This document shows positions 36,514 through 47,957 of a DNA stretch of 64,000 nucleotides, one piece after another. The notes under the pieces are model-generated. The model was not told the origin of the DNA. It saw only the letters and a list, made by a program, of their open reading frames with translations, and searched no databases. The translations under genes were made by a program, and so were the position numbers. The stretch's first letter is position 1. The number at the start of each line of letters is the position of its first letter. The stretch comes from Patescibacteria group bacterium (GTDB lineage: Bacteria > Patescibacteriota > Patescibacteriia > S139-126 > S139-133), in contig JBMYTV010000002.1 of assembly GCA_049604715.1 (NCBI GenBank), forward strand, positions 56,455 through 120,454, in the 5' to 3' direction.

Positions 36514-38154
36514 TTACGAGTGCTTATTTTTAGCAGCTTCTATGAGTCCTGTGAACACCGGATGTGGTCGCATTGGTCGCGACTTAAACTCAGGGTGAAA
36601 CTGCACTCCAACAAAATAAGGATGATCAGGAAGTTCTATAATCTCAACCAAATCTCTCTTTGTATTCAAACCAGCGATAATAAGGCCGGCTTTTTCTAGC
36701 TTATCACGATATTTATTGTTAAATTCATATCTATGACGATGTCGCTCCACAATATCCTTTTTCTTGTATAATCGCCTTGCATGTGTACCAGCCTTAAGCG
36801 CACAAGAATAATCACCTAATCGCATAGTACCTCCATATCTGTTTTCAGCTATAAGCTTCTTTTGATCATTCATAACATCAATAACCGGATGCTTGGCCTT
36901 TGGTTTTATCTCTGTAGTATGAGCCTCTTTTATACCTGCGACATTACGAGCAAACTCAATAGTTGCTAGTTGCATACCATAGCAAAGACCGAGGTATGGG
37001 ATATTATTTTTTCTTGCATATCCAATTGCTGCAATAATACCTTCAACCCCACGACTACCAAAACCGCCAGGCACTACTATGCCATCAAATTGATCCAAGT
37101 ATGATAGTTTCTTTTTATTTTTTTCAAAATCTTCACTACTCACCCATGTAAACTCAACATCAACCTTCTGATGAATACCTGCTGACTTTAGAGCCTCAAT
37201 AACAGAAATGTAAGAATCAGATAATGTAAACTCACCTGTAGCAAAATATTTACCAATCATCGCTATATTGATTGTCTTGTTGTTTTTACCAGACTTAACC
37301 AGTGTCTTGTTCCATTCACCCAATGCGCTTTTCTTAGGTCGCATGCCAAAACTCTTTTGAATAAGCTCATCAAACTTCTGATCCTGGTAAAGAAGCGGTA
37401 CTTTATAAATACTTTCAACATCTTCTGATGAAATAACGTGACCTGCAGGCACGTTGCAGTAGTACGAAATCTTTTCTTTACGCTTTTTATCAAGTGGCTT
37501 TGAGCTCCTAGTCAAAATAAAGTCGGGCTGAATGCCAGCAGCATTTAGTGTATTAACCGCTGTTTGGGTTGGTTTTGTCTTCATCTCTCCAACCATAGCA
37601 GGAATTGGTAAGTACGAAACCATAATATGACGTACTGAATCTGGTGTTTCAATGCGCATTCGACGTGCTGCTTCTAAAAATATCAAGTTTTCATATTCTC
37701 CGACAGTACCACCAATCTCTATAAGCACAAAATCAGCCTTTGATACTTTACCAAGGTGCTTAATTCGATTGATAATCTCCTCTGCAATATGCTTAAAAGG
37801 CTGCACTGTAATACCACCATATTCTAAGTTCCTTTCTTTTTCTATCACACTACTCCATACCATGCCTTGGGTCATGTAATTATCTTTTGTCATCTCTTTA
37901 TCCAGGAAGCGTTCGTAATTTCCAATATCTTGATCTGTTTCAAGGCCATCCTTTGTGACAAAAACCTCACCGTGTTCAGTTGGATTCATAGTTCCAGCAT
38001 CCACGTTGATATATGGATCAATTTTCAATGCAGTAACATTGTACCCACTATATGTAAGTAGCGTACCAATAGATGAAGTGGCTATGCCTTTACCTAAGCC
38101 TGATAGCACACCGCCCATTACAAAAATATATCTAGTCTTTTTTTGAGAACTCAT
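36514..38154 (-). CDS. pyrG: CTP synthase
   Basis: 546 aa with N-terminal synthetase domain YIFVMGGVLSGLGKGI and a C-terminal class-I glutamine amidotransferase (GLCYGMQ, HPEF). Confidence 0.95.
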   Translation of the reverse strand: MSSQKKTRYIFVMGGVLSGLGKGIATSSIGTLLTYSGYNVTALKIDPYINVDAGTMNPTEHGEVFVTKDGLETDQDIGNYERFLDKEMTKDNYMTQGMVWSSVIEKERNLEYGGITVQPFKHIAEEIINRIKHLGKVSKADFVLIEIGGTVGEYENLIFLEAARRMRIETPDSVRHIMVSYLPIPAMVGEMKTKPTQTAVNTLNAAGIQPDFILTRSSKPLDKKRKEKISYYCNVPAGHVISSEDVESIYKVPLLYQDQKFDELIQKSFGMRPKKSALGEWNKTLVKSGKNNKTINIAMIGKYFATGEFTLSDSYISVIEALKSAGIHQKVDVEFTWVSSEDFEKNKKKLSYLDQFDGIVVPGGFGSRGVEGIIAAIGYARKNNIPYLGLCYGMQLATIEFARNVAGIKEAHTTEIKPKAKHPVIDVMNDQKKLIAENRYGGTMRLGDYSCALKAGTHARRLYKKKDIVERHRHRYEFNNKYRDKLEKAGLIIAGLNTKRDLVEIIELPDHPYFVGVQFHPEFKSRPMRPHPVFTGLIEAAKNKHS

Positions 38155-38239
38155 ACATTATCTTTCAATACTAAAAAACAAAGGGTCTTGAAAAGACCTC
38201 TTTGATCGAAGAGCACATTGAATGCTGCTAATAAAATAT

Positions 38240-38653
38240 TTAACTTGATGTGATGTTAACATGAATATCGTACGTTTTGTTTTGTACTGTCACTGATACT
38301 TTATGATCACCTACTTCTTTTAAATGAGCAGGTTTCATCTTTTTAATCATTACGCCAGGAAATTGCTTTTGAAGTGCGCGACTTACTTGTTCTTTATCTA
38401 CTGAAGAGTAAAGGCCACCACTTTCGTTACTTTCCATATTTATAGTGATAGACACACCCTTTAGGTCTACTGACGTTTTCTTTACTTTTTTCTGTACTAC
38501 TTTTTGCTGTGTAATTGTCACAGCTGTTGATTTATCAACTGCATGCGCTAGCTTATTTGGAAACAAATAGTTTTGCGCATACCCTTCTTTGACGTCTTTT
38601 ACGTCACCTGCAGAACCTAGGCCTGCAACATGTTTATTCAGTTTCACTTTCAT
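38240..38653 (-). CDS. rplI: 50S ribosomal protein L9
   Basis: [36 protein letters not shown] matches the L9 N-domain. 137 aa. Confidence 0.8.
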   Translation of the reverse strand: MKVKLNKHVAGLGSAGDVKDVKEGYAQNYLFPNKLAHAVDKSTAVTITQQKVVQKKVKKTSVDLKGVSITINMESNESGGLYSSVDKEQVSRALQKQFPGVMIKKMKPAHLKEVGDHKVSVTVQNKTYDIHVNITSS

Positions 38654-39872
38654 AATTTTCTATATCAAATGTTCCTAATAAAAATGAGACAGCCGCATCG
38701 CGCTGAGGGTCCAAATCATTATCATAATCTTCGCGAGTGAGCTCAATATTGTAATTTGGCTCAATACCTTCTTGCTCAATAGTGCGTCCATTTGGCGTGA
38801 GCCACTTAGCAATTGTAATCTTCACTGATGATCCATCCTTGAGCTCAATCAAATCCTGCACAGACCCCTTTCCAAATGTTGTCTGACCAATAACAGTGGC
38901 TTTGCCATAGTCTTGCAGAGCGCCTGCTACAATCTCAGAAGCAGAAGCTGAACCACCGTTTACAAGAACTACCGTTGGTATATCTTCAAATATAGCTCTG
39001 CCACGTGACTTATACTCAACTTCTCTACCATCACTGAAGCGTTCTAGCACAATAGCGTCGTCATCTACCCAATAACTAGCTATTCCAACTGCTATTTCTA
39101 GAAAACCACCCGGGTTATTCCTTACATCCAAAATTATATTGTCAGGCTGCATTTCTATAACCTCGCGGACAACCTCCTTGAACTGCACTTCTGTATCTTG
39201 GTTAAAATAACTCACTTTAATATACGCTGTGTGATTATCTATATTCTCCCATCTGACGCTTACGATGTTAATCACATCACGAACAATACTAACGTCCCGG
39301 GATTCATCATCTCCAGGCGTCAAAACAGTTAAAATAACCTCCGTACCACCTTCACCGCGTATTCTATTTACTGCTTCATCAAGAGCCATATCTTGTGTTG
39401 ATACATCGTCAACCTCAAGGATGTAATCACCAGGTTGTAAGCCTGCTTTTTCAGCTGGAGAATCAGGCAGCGGCGCAATGATAGTGAGTACTTCTTTTTT
39501 GATACCAATCTCTGCTCCTATTCCTTGAAAATTTCCACTAAGTTCCTCAGTAAAATCTTCTGTGACCTTTGGGGTTAAGAACACTGAGTAAGGATCACCC
39601 AAAGATGCGACCATGCCTCCAAGACTACCATAAAACAACTCCGTATCAAGAACTTCATCTGCATCAATATACTTCTCAGTAACAACATCAACAACATCCC
39701 AATAAAGATCAAAATCTACATCTTTATATAGATAGTTTGGCTTATCAGTATCTCCGATAAGCCGAGGGTCATCAGTAAAATGACCTTGAGTTTGACCGTA
39801 TTCTTTTCCTATAACAAATGAGACTGCAACAAGTGCAATGATAAGTACTACCGGTACTGTTTTTGATTTCAT
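38634..39872 (-). CDS. S41-family C-terminal processing (tail-specific) peptidase
   Basis: 412 aa with a signal/TM N-terminus, a PDZ domain ([14 protein letters not shown]) and the S41 catalytic region ([21 protein letters not shown]). Confidence 0.85.
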   Translation of the reverse strand: MKSKTVPVVLIIALVAVSFVIGKEYGQTQGHFTDDPRLIGDTDKPNYLYKDVDFDLYWDVVDVVTEKYIDADEVLDTELFYGSLGGMVASLGDPYSVFLTPKVTEDFTEELSGNFQGIGAEIGIKKEVLTIIAPLPDSPAEKAGLQPGDYILEVDDVSTQDMALDEAVNRIRGEGGTEVILTVLTPGDDESRDVSIVRDVINIVSVRWENIDNHTAYIKVSYFNQDTEVQFKEVVREVIEMQPDNIILDVRNNPGGFLEIAVGIASYWVDDDAIVLERFSDGREVEYKSRGRAIFEDIPTVVLVNGGSASASEIVAGALQDYGKATVIGQTTFGKGSVQDLIELKDGSSVKITIAKWLTPNGRTIEQEGIEPNYNIELTREDYDNDLDPQRDAAVSFLLGTFDIENYESETE

Positions 39873-39993
39873 AGTTTGATATTAATACAACATACCCATT
39901 GTACCACATGGACGACATTTGGTTCAATCTTGTTTGTTTTAGCCAAAAAGTAAAAATAATGCTATAATATAAAAACCGCCATTACATATATTT

Positions 39994-41343
39994 ATGACGC
40001 TCGGAACACGAAGATTTCTCTACATAACTGCAATGGTACTATTTACCGTGAGCGCGCCGTTACTTGTTTTGTATACGGCGGGTTTTCGTTTTGATTTTTA
40101 CCGTAATGCAATACGATCAACAGGCAGTTTGTTTATTAAAACACTTCCTCAAGACGCATCAGTCTATATCAACAACAACCTCGTTGACACCAACACCCCA
40201 CTGCGCCTCAATCATTTAACCCCCAACGTCTACACTGTTCGTATTGAAAAAGAAGGCTATCATACCTGGAAAAAAGACCTAGCTGTATCAGATAAAAAAA
40301 CCACATTTGCTGAAAACATTATTTTGTGGAAGACACAACCAGAAGGCACTGAGTTGCTAGATGCGTCGGTTGATTTCTTCTCTTTTGATCATGATGAGAG
40401 ATACATAATATACATAGAAGAAAAGACACTAAAAGCATATCACCTAGCTAGCGAGATAGAAGTAACTCTACTACAGACCATTGAAACTGACACTGTCAAT
40501 ATCAAATGGTCAGAGCATGGCAGTGATGCGCTTATTACTATTGGCTCTACAACATGGCTTTTTGACCATGATACACTTGAGCTAACAAATCTTTCAAATA
40601 ATATTTCTGGTGATGATATACGTTTCCACCCTACACAAAATCAACTACTTACATTCAATAACCAGCGAGGTATTTACACTTACAGCCTTGTAACGGGTAA
40701 AACCGAGTCACTTCTCATGCGACCTGTTCTAGATTACAGCATTGTGGAAGAAGACGTATACTATATCACTGGCCCTGATCCTACAATTTTAACCCGCAAA
40801 CAACGAGATATTGATGAAGAACCACCTTCTTTTGTTTTACCAGAAATAAGTACACTATCTCTTGAGAGAATCATAGACCACCGTGCTTATGTATACGATG
40901 AGAATGAACGCACTCTTTATATTTTGCATTTACAGCCTGAATCATTTAATCAACAATCTCATATACTCCAGGATGTTGACCAGTGGGAATTCACAAAAGA
41001 TGGAACAAAGCTACTACTCTTTAATGAATGGGAAGTTTCATTTATCACTCTTGATGACATGAAAACAAAGGTCATAACCCGTGTAAGTACACCACTTGAA
41101 CATGTATATTGGCATGCTGATGACAACTATATTATCACCGTAGCTGAGGCTGCTGTTACAGCTATTGAGCTTGATACACGCGACATACAAAACAAACACG
41201 CGCTTTGGCAAAACACCGAAGTCATACAAGCGACCTTATCAACTGACGGTGAGCATATTTATCTAACAACAAAAGAAGGTGACGCGCACCTTCTTAGAAA
41301 ACTCAAAGTTACTGATCTAGAAACTTCACTACTACCACTATAA
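39994..41343 (+). CDS. membrane-anchored PEGA-domain protein with beta-rich C-terminal domain
   Basis: The N-terminal TM helix is followed by a PEGA-like segment (ASVYINNNLVDTNTPLRLNHLTPNVYTVRIEKEGYHTWKKDLAV). 449 aa. Confidence 0.55.
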   Translation: MTLGTRRFLYITAMVLFTVSAPLLVLYTAGFRFDFYRNAIRSTGSLFIKTLPQDASVYINNNLVDTNTPLRLNHLTPNVYTVRIEKEGYHTWKKDLAVSDKKTTFAENIILWKTQPEGTELLDASVDFFSFDHDERYIIYIEEKTLKAYHLASEIEVTLLQTIETDTVNIKWSEHGSDALITIGSTTWLFDHDTLELTNLSNNISGDDIRFHPTQNQLLTFNNQRGIYTYSLVTGKTESLLMRPVLDYSIVEEDVYYITGPDPTILTRKQRDIDEEPPSFVLPEISTLSLERIIDHRAYVYDENERTLYILHLQPESFNQQSHILQDVDQWEFTKDGTKLLLFNEWEVSFITLDDMKTKVITRVSTPLEHVYWHADDNYIITVAEAAVTAIELDTRDIQNKHALWQNTEVIQATLSTDGEHIYLTTKEGDAHLLRKLKVTDLETSLLPL

Positions 41344-41772
41344 CCTTTCTAGACTATTACGAATTTTTTCTCCAAATAACTCCCACTCCCCATCTTCGTA
41401 ATCGCGCCCACCAAACTGCTCCCAATCAAACAGACCATCATCTTTACTACGTGGAATAATATGCCAATGTAGATGCGGGATGCTTTGACCAGCTATTTCA
41501 TCATTATTCAAAACCAAATTGTAGCTGCCTGCCCCAGCTGCCTTTGAAAGTGGTAGGGCAACTTTTTTTATTGTATCCATAACTTCTTTATATTCCCCCT
41601 GTGGAATGTTTTGAAGATCTTTAAAGTGTTTTTTTGGCACAACTAAAGAATGACCCAGGCTCAGTGGCTTTATATTTAAAAATACCAACACATTGTCATT
41701 TTCATAAACTGCCTGCCGAGGTAGTTCATTTGATATTACTTTACAAAAAATACAACCATCAGACATAACCAA
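41338..41772 (-). CDS. HIT-family (histidine triad) nucleotide hydrolase/transferase
   Basis: 144 aa with HLHWHIIPR, a His-x-His-x-His-x-x HIT motif. Confidence 0.8.
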   Translation of the reverse strand: MVMSDGCIFCKVISNELPRQAVYENDNVLVFLNIKPLSLGHSLVVPKKHFKDLQNIPQGEYKEVMDTIKKVALPLSKAAGAGSYNLVLNNDEIAGQSIPHLHWHIIPRSKDDGLFDWEQFGGRDYEDGEWELFGEKIRNSLERL

Positions 41773-41776
41773 AGTA

Positions 41777-42175
41777 TTAATTATCCTCCTCCATAAGTAT
41801 AAGTAGTATACGATAACTCACATACATAACACCAGCAAAAAGCACATAACCCATGAAGCTAGGCGAAAACTGCATTATCAAGTATATATATAAAAGCACC
41901 ACAACCACTCGCGCTATCCACACATCATAGTTTTTCACTGCGGTTGTAATAATCCCCTCAGAGGACTTCATATGGCCATATGGAGCAGTCCAGAGCACGC
42001 CAGTCAATCCCAATACAAGCACAAGCAACATCCAATGAGGAGAAAATACTGTAGAAATCATATATGGCCTTGTATCTTCTAAGAAAAATAGTACCAACAA
42101 ATAAACAAGCGACCACTTTAAAATAAGTGTGCTGATGTCATATATAAAACGTTTTGATTTTTTCGATAATGTCAT
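41777..42175 (-). CDS. hypothetical membrane protein
   Basis: 132 aa with 3-4 hydrophobic helices. Confidence 0.35.
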   Translation of the reverse strand: MTLSKKSKRFIYDISTLILKWSLVYLLVLFFLEDTRPYMISTVFSPHWMLLVLVLGLTGVLWTAPYGHMKSSEGIITTAVKNYDVWIARVVVVLLYIYLIMQFSPSFMGYVLFAGVMYVSYRILLILMEEDN

Positions 42176-42176
42176 A

Positions 42177-43007
42177 CTAGAACTTTTCTAAAACCCGTTG
42201 CCACACATCATTTATTGTCATAGGATCTTTTTTGTAAATTATGTCAATTGACTTCACGTCTACTGTTTGACTTCTATCATCAATACCTGGAGCAGAAATC
42301 ACAAACTCAAACCCTTCGGGAGACTGATATAGTTCACTAAAAACAAACTCAGCACGTGCAATGTTCCAATCCCCACTAGTACTAGGCGGGATGTACTGTG
42401 CAATAAAGTAGTCATAATTATCTAAATCAGTCTCATGGTTATAGCCATCGATCCGCAGCCGATCAAATCCCTCTTGTAAAGGAAAATTGTAATTAACAAC
42501 TCGTGCTGATCGTGGAGGAGCAAGTAAAAAGTTCTCTATACTCCTATACTGCGGTACGCGCTGACATAACCACCATTGTTTTTCCTCATCTCTAAGACAC
42601 GGCCATTCAATCTCTTCTAAGGCTTTATTCTGAACACCATGCCAGGCAAAATTCCAACCACTTTCACCTACAGCACCACCCAGCTGAATAAGTGGAACAG
42701 TATCCGCTCTATAAGTCAAAACCACCTCCACGGTGTCATATTGACGCGGAATAAACGAATGAATATATACAGGATCAATGATTACCTGCCAAAATTGATC
42801 ACCCACAAACCCTTTGGTTGTCAGTACTCGTAGCTCTGGATCTGGACCTGTAACCATAACATGCTCAGATGACACTGAATGCGATAGTATTCGCTCACCA
42901 TCAAGATCAAGATCAAGATACACCACATAACCAACAATACACACGAGACTTATAGCAAAAAGTGTGTGCAAAAATAATAGAAATATACGCTGTGGTGTAT
43001 AAGACAT
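42177..43007 (-). CDS. hypothetical protein with N-terminal membrane anchor
   Basis: 276 aa with a single N-terminal TM helix. Its start codon overlaps the start of the divergent + strand ORF. Confidence 0.4.
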   Translation of the reverse strand: MSYTPQRIFLLFLHTLFAISLVCIVGYVVYLDLDLDGERILSHSVSSEHVMVTGPDPELRVLTTKGFVGDQFWQVIIDPVYIHSFIPRQYDTVEVVLTYRADTVPLIQLGGAVGESGWNFAWHGVQNKALEEIEWPCLRDEEKQWWLCQRVPQYRSIENFLLAPPRSARVVNYNFPLQEGFDRLRIDGYNHETDLDNYDYFIAQYIPPSTSGDWNIARAEFVFSELYQSPEGFEFVISAPGIDDRSQTVDVKSIDIIYKKDPMTINDVWQRVLEKF

Positions 43008-43062
43008 GTTTCTAGTATACCATTTTCTTTTCTACAACATAAAAAAGCTATATACTGTATAT

Positions 43063-44298
43063 ATGATACGAAAGTTACTAAAAAAGAATACTATATGGAT
43101 TGGCGCATCAGAAACATGGCTTAAAGTCATGTCTTTTATAGCTATTCTTATGATTGCGCGTATATATGGCGATACTATCTTTGGCCAAGTGTCATATGTA
43201 ATGGCTTACTTGCAACTATTTCAGATAATATTTGATTTTGGGCTACATATGATTATGACACGTGAGATCAGCCAAAATATCAAAAAGACAGAAGACATAC
43301 TAGCAAAATACTTTGGCTTTAAAGTACTGGTCGGCCTAATAATAGTAGCAGCACTTCTTGCGAGTATCCCCTTTTTACAAAAAGACACAGCAGTCATCAC
43401 GTATCTATTGGCAGCTAGTGGATTTATGCTATTTATGTCGATCAATCAGCTCCTGCGGGGTGTATTTGTAGCCCATGAAAAGTTCTCATTAGATGCATTT
43501 TCTAAAATATTTGAGTCTACGTTTTTTATTATCTTGGTGAGCGTTACTTTGTATTACAAAAACGTTAATCTAACCATGCTCAGCTACTCTATAGCAGCTA
43601 CTGTTGGTTTTGTACTTCTCTACTACCTCTTGCGTAAACAATCTATTAAACTACGCGCACGTATCTCAAAAAAGGATATAAAAGAGGTATTTGCACAGGC
43701 ATGGCCGCTTGCATTGGCTGGTTTATTTGTAATCGTATACTTTCGAATAGACACTATTATGCTTTCGTACATGAAAGGTGATGAAGTGACCGGATGGTAT
43801 AATGCTGCTTATCATTTTATGTACACATTCATTTTCATTCCAGGCTTTATCATGACATCATTGTTTCCTAAGCTTTCACAATTTGCACTCAATAATAAGA
43901 AGAAGTTTAAAAAATTGTATGTTCAAAGCCTTCTTTTGATAACTGCAGTTGCAACTGTGTTCATGGGAACACTTTGGTTTGCAGCAGAACCAATAATTTT
44001 ACAATTCTATGGCGCACAGTATAGCCCTGCTGTGCCTGTGCTCAAGATCTTGACCATTGCTGTATTCTTGTCATATGTGTCACACGTTTGGTTATTTGCC
44101 CTGACTGCTATCAAAAAGCAACATATGTACACCTGGGCTGTTGGAGCAGGCATGATCATCAACGTGATACTTAATATTATTTTTATCCCCCAATACTCAC
44201 TCTATGCTGCTGCATGGACCACTGTAGCAACTGAAATAATTACTGGATCAGTTATTTTTGGCTCATGTCAGTATTTTATATTAAAATTACGCAAGTGA
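43063..44298 (+). CDS. Wzx-like polysaccharide flippase (MOP superfamily)
   Basis: About 12 TM helices. MIRKLLKKNTIWIGASETWLKV is a typical Wzx N-terminus. The track start at 43006 adds 19 aa that overlap the divergent gene. Confidence 0.7.
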   Translation: MIRKLLKKNTIWIGASETWLKVMSFIAILMIARIYGDTIFGQVSYVMAYLQLFQIIFDFGLHMIMTREISQNIKKTEDILAKYFGFKVLVGLIIVAALLASIPFLQKDTAVITYLLAASGFMLFMSINQLLRGVFVAHEKFSLDAFSKIFESTFFIILVSVTLYYKNVNLTMLSYSIAATVGFVLLYYLLRKQSIKLRARISKKDIKEVFAQAWPLALAGLFVIVYFRIDTIMLSYMKGDEVTGWYNAAYHFMYTFIFIPGFIMTSLFPKLSQFALNNKKKFKKLYVQSLLLITAVATVFMGTLWFAAEPIILQFYGAQYSPAVPVLKILTIAVFLSYVSHVWLFALTAIKKQHMYTWAVGAGMIINVILNIIFIPQYSLYAAAWTTVATEIITGSVIFGSCQYFILKLRK

Positions 44299-44310
44299 TA
44301 TACTAAAAAT

Positions 44311-45303
44311 ATGAGCGACTACCCACATGTAAGCATTATCATACTTCACTGGAAAAACCTTGCTGATACACGGCATTGTCTTTCAGCAGTACGTCAGCTT
44401 ACCTATCCTTCATATGACGTATATGTAGTACTAAATGGCGCTAGTAGAGAGGATAGTATCAGTATCCACAATCTATATGATCAGTATGATAATTTTACTA
44501 TCATTGATGAAGAGGAAAATATCGGCTTTGCTGAAGGAAACAATGTTGCAATACGACTTGCACTTAAACAATCAAATCCAGAGTATGTCTTTGCTCTTAA
44601 TAATGATACAGAAATAGAACCTCATGCTCTTGATGAAGCTGTAGCCAAGGCACAAGAGGGTTTTGACGAAGTTCAATTACTTATGATGAACTTTGAGAAT
44701 CGCAGTCTTATTGATAAAGCCGGAATACGCATAGGCAAAAGCTTACTTCCCTTTGATATAAAAGAACTAGGAACTGAAAGTCCTATTGTATGCGCCAGCG
44801 CTGGAGCAGCCCTTTACTCAAGCAAACTCCTTGAAACAATAGCCATAAAGAGACAGCACGCAAGTGGCTTTGCCAATACCGTAGAAAAAGAATATTTTGA
44901 TAGTGACTTTTTTGCCTATGCTGAGGATCTTGATCTTGGACTACGCGCACGTCTTGCTGGATTTGACTGCGCGCTAGCTGAAAAGGCTATTGTGTATCAC
45001 AAGGGATCTGCCTCAACCAGCACAATGTCAGATTTTGCTATTTACCATACATTCCGCAACCTTATTTGGACTTATATAAAAAACACACCCCGAGCATGGA
45101 TGATACGTTTTGGTGTGTTTTTTATCATTGGTCAACTCGGAATACTCTATAAAAACTTTACACGCGGACAGCACAAACAAATATTACGTGCCTGGAAAGA
45201 TGCAAAACGTGACAAAAGTGTCATGCAATTAAAAAGAGCGTATATTCAGAAACAAAGTTCCAACGCTCTTGATTATTCACTGGTTGATAAAACACTTTTT
45301 TAA
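44311..45303 (+). CDS. family-2 glycosyltransferase
   Basis: VSIIILHWKN...YDVYVVLNGAS and DxD-region motifs of the GT-A fold. 330 aa. Confidence 0.8.
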   Translation: MSDYPHVSIIILHWKNLADTRHCLSAVRQLTYPSYDVYVVLNGASREDSISIHNLYDQYDNFTIIDEEENIGFAEGNNVAIRLALKQSNPEYVFALNNDTEIEPHALDEAVAKAQEGFDEVQLLMMNFENRSLIDKAGIRIGKSLLPFDIKELGTESPIVCASAGAALYSSKLLETIAIKRQHASGFANTVEKEYFDSDFFAYAEDLDLGLRARLAGFDCALAEKAIVYHKGSASTSTMSDFAIYHTFRNLIWTYIKNTPRAWMIRFGVFFIIGQLGILYKNFTRGQHKQILRAWKDAKRDKSVMQLKRAYIQKQSSNALDYSLVDKTLF

Positions 45304-45602
45304 GCAAAAAACCACGTCACTGCAGTGACTATTGTGGCTGAGATAGCCAAAGCTGACAGAAAAACTGTGCGGCTTTTTTTGTAGTATATATTGTACTTCT
45401 CCTTTTGAAGCCACATAAACCCAGCCTCAGGGATTACAAAAACAGAAACAATATGCCCGAAAGCACAAAGTAGTGACAGAGCTAGTCCATACCAGCCTAT
45501 ATACTGATACGAAATAATACCCATACTTCCGTGCCCAACTACAAAAAAGCCCCACACGACCTTGGTCAGTGGATGCATCTTCCGTTTTTTTAATTTATTC
45601 AA
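45300..45602 (-). CDS. small hypothetical membrane protein
   Basis: 100 aa with 3 hydrophobic helices. Confidence 0.3.
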   Translation of the reverse strand: MNKLKKRKMHPLTKVVWGFFVVGHGSMGIISYQYIGWYGLALSLLCAFGHIVSVFVIPEAGFMWLQKEKYNIYYKKSRTVFLSALAISATIVTAVTWFFA

Positions 45603-45618
45603 CGTAGTGCCCTTTCTT

Positions 45619-47871
45619 TTATTTATAATGCCAAATGTACACGTCGCCTATTATATTCTCAGGTTCTCCCAAAATGTCAACCGTCTCCTTATATACACGG
45701 TCGTTTATCCACTTATCTTCGGTCATATAATAGCAGCTCGTGTCATTAGTTGCTTTTAGCGCCCAATCAAGTAGCTCTGTGTCTGGGAACTGACTCATAG
45801 TCTCAAAAATCTTCACTCTCTCTGGCTGAGAGTACTCAAAACCAACTGGAAAGCCGCCCCCTATAATCTCACGTCCCGAAACTGCCTCTACTGCCAAAAG
45901 TGGCCATGTATTTGCCAAAACACAGTAAAACTCGTCATTTTTATCTATACGCTCCCATACATACTGCGCAGATAAGTGTTCATCAGTGGTCACTACCTGA
46001 AGCAACGGACCTGATGCATAAGTGGATGATGCTACAAACGATACCATCACTACAACGAGTAAAACTTTTGTAGCCCAAGGCAGGTATCTCTTTTTTTCCA
46101 AAAAGTAAAAAATTCCTAAAGTCAAAAATACTGACAAGCAAAGTACTATAGTTACATCAAGCCGACGAGCTAAAATATGGTTACCATCAAGAAAGTACCA
46201 GGATAGAATATAATTTCCAAGCAGCACGCCTGTTAGTATCATGAAAAACCGAGGTACGATCTGCTGTTTTAAATGCTTTACTACTCTAAATCCAAGAGCT
46301 ATAAGTCCCCAAGCAAGAATAGTGAAAAATAATGGCCACAAGTTAAACTGCAAAAATGACACTGGCGCATGGTCGGCTCTTGTCTGGTTAAATAAAAAGT
46401 TGCCTTGGTCTACATGCCCTGTATGTGGCAAGTATGCAACAATTCCTGACAAATACCCAAAGGCATCAGCTAAAGCAGAGAAAGCCATGCCAAAACTTGC
46501 TGTTGCTGCATTTAGCTCACCATATCCTTGTACAAGCTCTAGACCTGGTATAAAAAGTGTTGCTCCTATGGCAAATACTATAAGCAGTGCCTGCCATACA
46601 CGTTTTGTATGTGTATACTTCTTTTGCAGTGCAAGTAAAAAAACAAGCACACCGATCTCAAGAAGTAATAAAAAGTGCAGCACATATCCAAAAAAGAGCA
46701 AAAGTGTAAATACACTATTCCATACACCAAGAGATCGAGACGGGACCTGCAAAAATCTAAGCCAACCATAAAGCGCAAACAAAAATACTATATGACCAAG
46801 TGACAAGGGCAATGTAATAGCCCCAAACACCTGGAGAGGATAAAACAATATAGGCACAAAGGCAAAAAACAGCGCAAAATGCCTTCCGGGTCTGATCAAG
46901 CCAGCTATTTTATATAACAGAAGCGGTACAAACAATGACCACAAAATAAACACCAACCAAAAGTCTATATAAAAAATATCAATTTGCAAAGTTTCAGCCA
47001 ACAAAATAGTAATAGCCCATTGCTGAGAATATGATGTTTTGTTGCCACTCACAAAAACGGCAGGCACTTCTACTCCGGCAATGGTGGCCATTTCCCTATT
47101 GTCACCAAGCAGTGACGGCTGATACACCGCCCCAGTCATCACAAGTCGCTCTGATGCTAAATGCCGCCATTTGTCCCCACCAAAACCAGTTTCATAAACC
47201 ACAGGTAAGTATGCATGCAAGGCAAATGACTGGATAATAATAACTGCTAAAATAACTGCGCCTTTTCGTTTTGAAAATATAAACAACCCCGCAATAGCAG
47301 TTAGCAAGATGTATACATATACATAAAGCCTTGGTATCACATGCCAAGGTGACAATATGAACTCACCTGTCCTGCCTTCAAACAAAAACAACAAACCTAC
47401 AATAACAACTGGAACAAATAACAGCGCCAAATACTTAGGTACGCTATAAGTCATACGAGGAGATTTAGCAAGCTGAAGATCCTCGTCTGCTATGTCATAT
47501 TTTTGAACAACCGGAACATACTGCAAAGCCTTAGCAAGAGCACTTACTATGAAAAGTACAAGTATCAAACTGCCTGTTGTATACCTAAATAAAGAAATAG
47601 GTATAGCAAGAAAAAGACTTGTAATCATAAGCGTTCCAAAAGCCCCAAACATCAGCGACCATCCACGGCTCAAGTCAAATAGCACTGCCATAGCCCTTGC
47701 AAGCCATACAGACACTATAGAAAAATATATAGTCGTACAGATAATACCAAAAAAAGTACTTTCCAGGCTCGTGTTAAAGAAAATACCGACTATACTAAGC
47801 AGTACCAATGTTACATACGCATAGTACTGATCTTTTTCTATACTACGAACAAAAGAATATAGTGTATTCAT
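45619..47871 (-). CDS. large polytopic membrane protein, GT-C-like glycosyltransferase candidate (YfhO/ArnT-like)
   Basis: 750 aa with more than 15 predicted TM helices and a C-terminal soluble domain. It co-occurs with a GtrA-family protein and two DPM1-like GT2 genes. A hairpin terminator lies downstream at about 47897..47925. Confidence 0.4.
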   Translation of the reverse strand: MNTLYSFVRSIEKDQYYAYVTLVLLSIVGIFFNTSLESTFFGIICTTIYFSIVSVWLARAMAVLFDLSRGWSLMFGAFGTLMITSLFLAIPISLFRYTTGSLILVLFIVSALAKALQYVPVVQKYDIADEDLQLAKSPRMTYSVPKYLALLFVPVVIVGLLFLFEGRTGEFILSPWHVIPRLYVYVYILLTAIAGLFIFSKRKGAVILAVIIIQSFALHAYLPVVYETGFGGDKWRHLASERLVMTGAVYQPSLLGDNREMATIAGVEVPAVFVSGNKTSYSQQWAITILLAETLQIDIFYIDFWLVFILWSLFVPLLLYKIAGLIRPGRHFALFFAFVPILFYPLQVFGAITLPLSLGHIVFLFALYGWLRFLQVPSRSLGVWNSVFTLLLFFGYVLHFLLLLEIGVLVFLLALQKKYTHTKRVWQALLIVFAIGATLFIPGLELVQGYGELNAATASFGMAFSALADAFGYLSGIVAYLPHTGHVDQGNFLFNQTRADHAPVSFLQFNLWPLFFTILAWGLIALGFRVVKHLKQQIVPRFFMILTGVLLGNYILSWYFLDGNHILARRLDVTIVLCLSVFLTLGIFYFLEKKRYLPWATKVLLVVVMVSFVASSTYASGPLLQVVTTDEHLSAQYVWERIDKNDEFYCVLANTWPLLAVEAVSGREIIGGGFPVGFEYSQPERVKIFETMSQFPDTELLDWALKATNDTSCYYMTEDKWINDRVYKETVDILGEPENIIGDVYIWHYK

Positions 47872-47957
47872 AAGTGTATTGTATCATAAAAGGTTGAGAA
47901 CCACCGCGTTTGCGATGGTTCTCGAAATTGTTTTTATTAAAAAAGGATTTACCGGTC

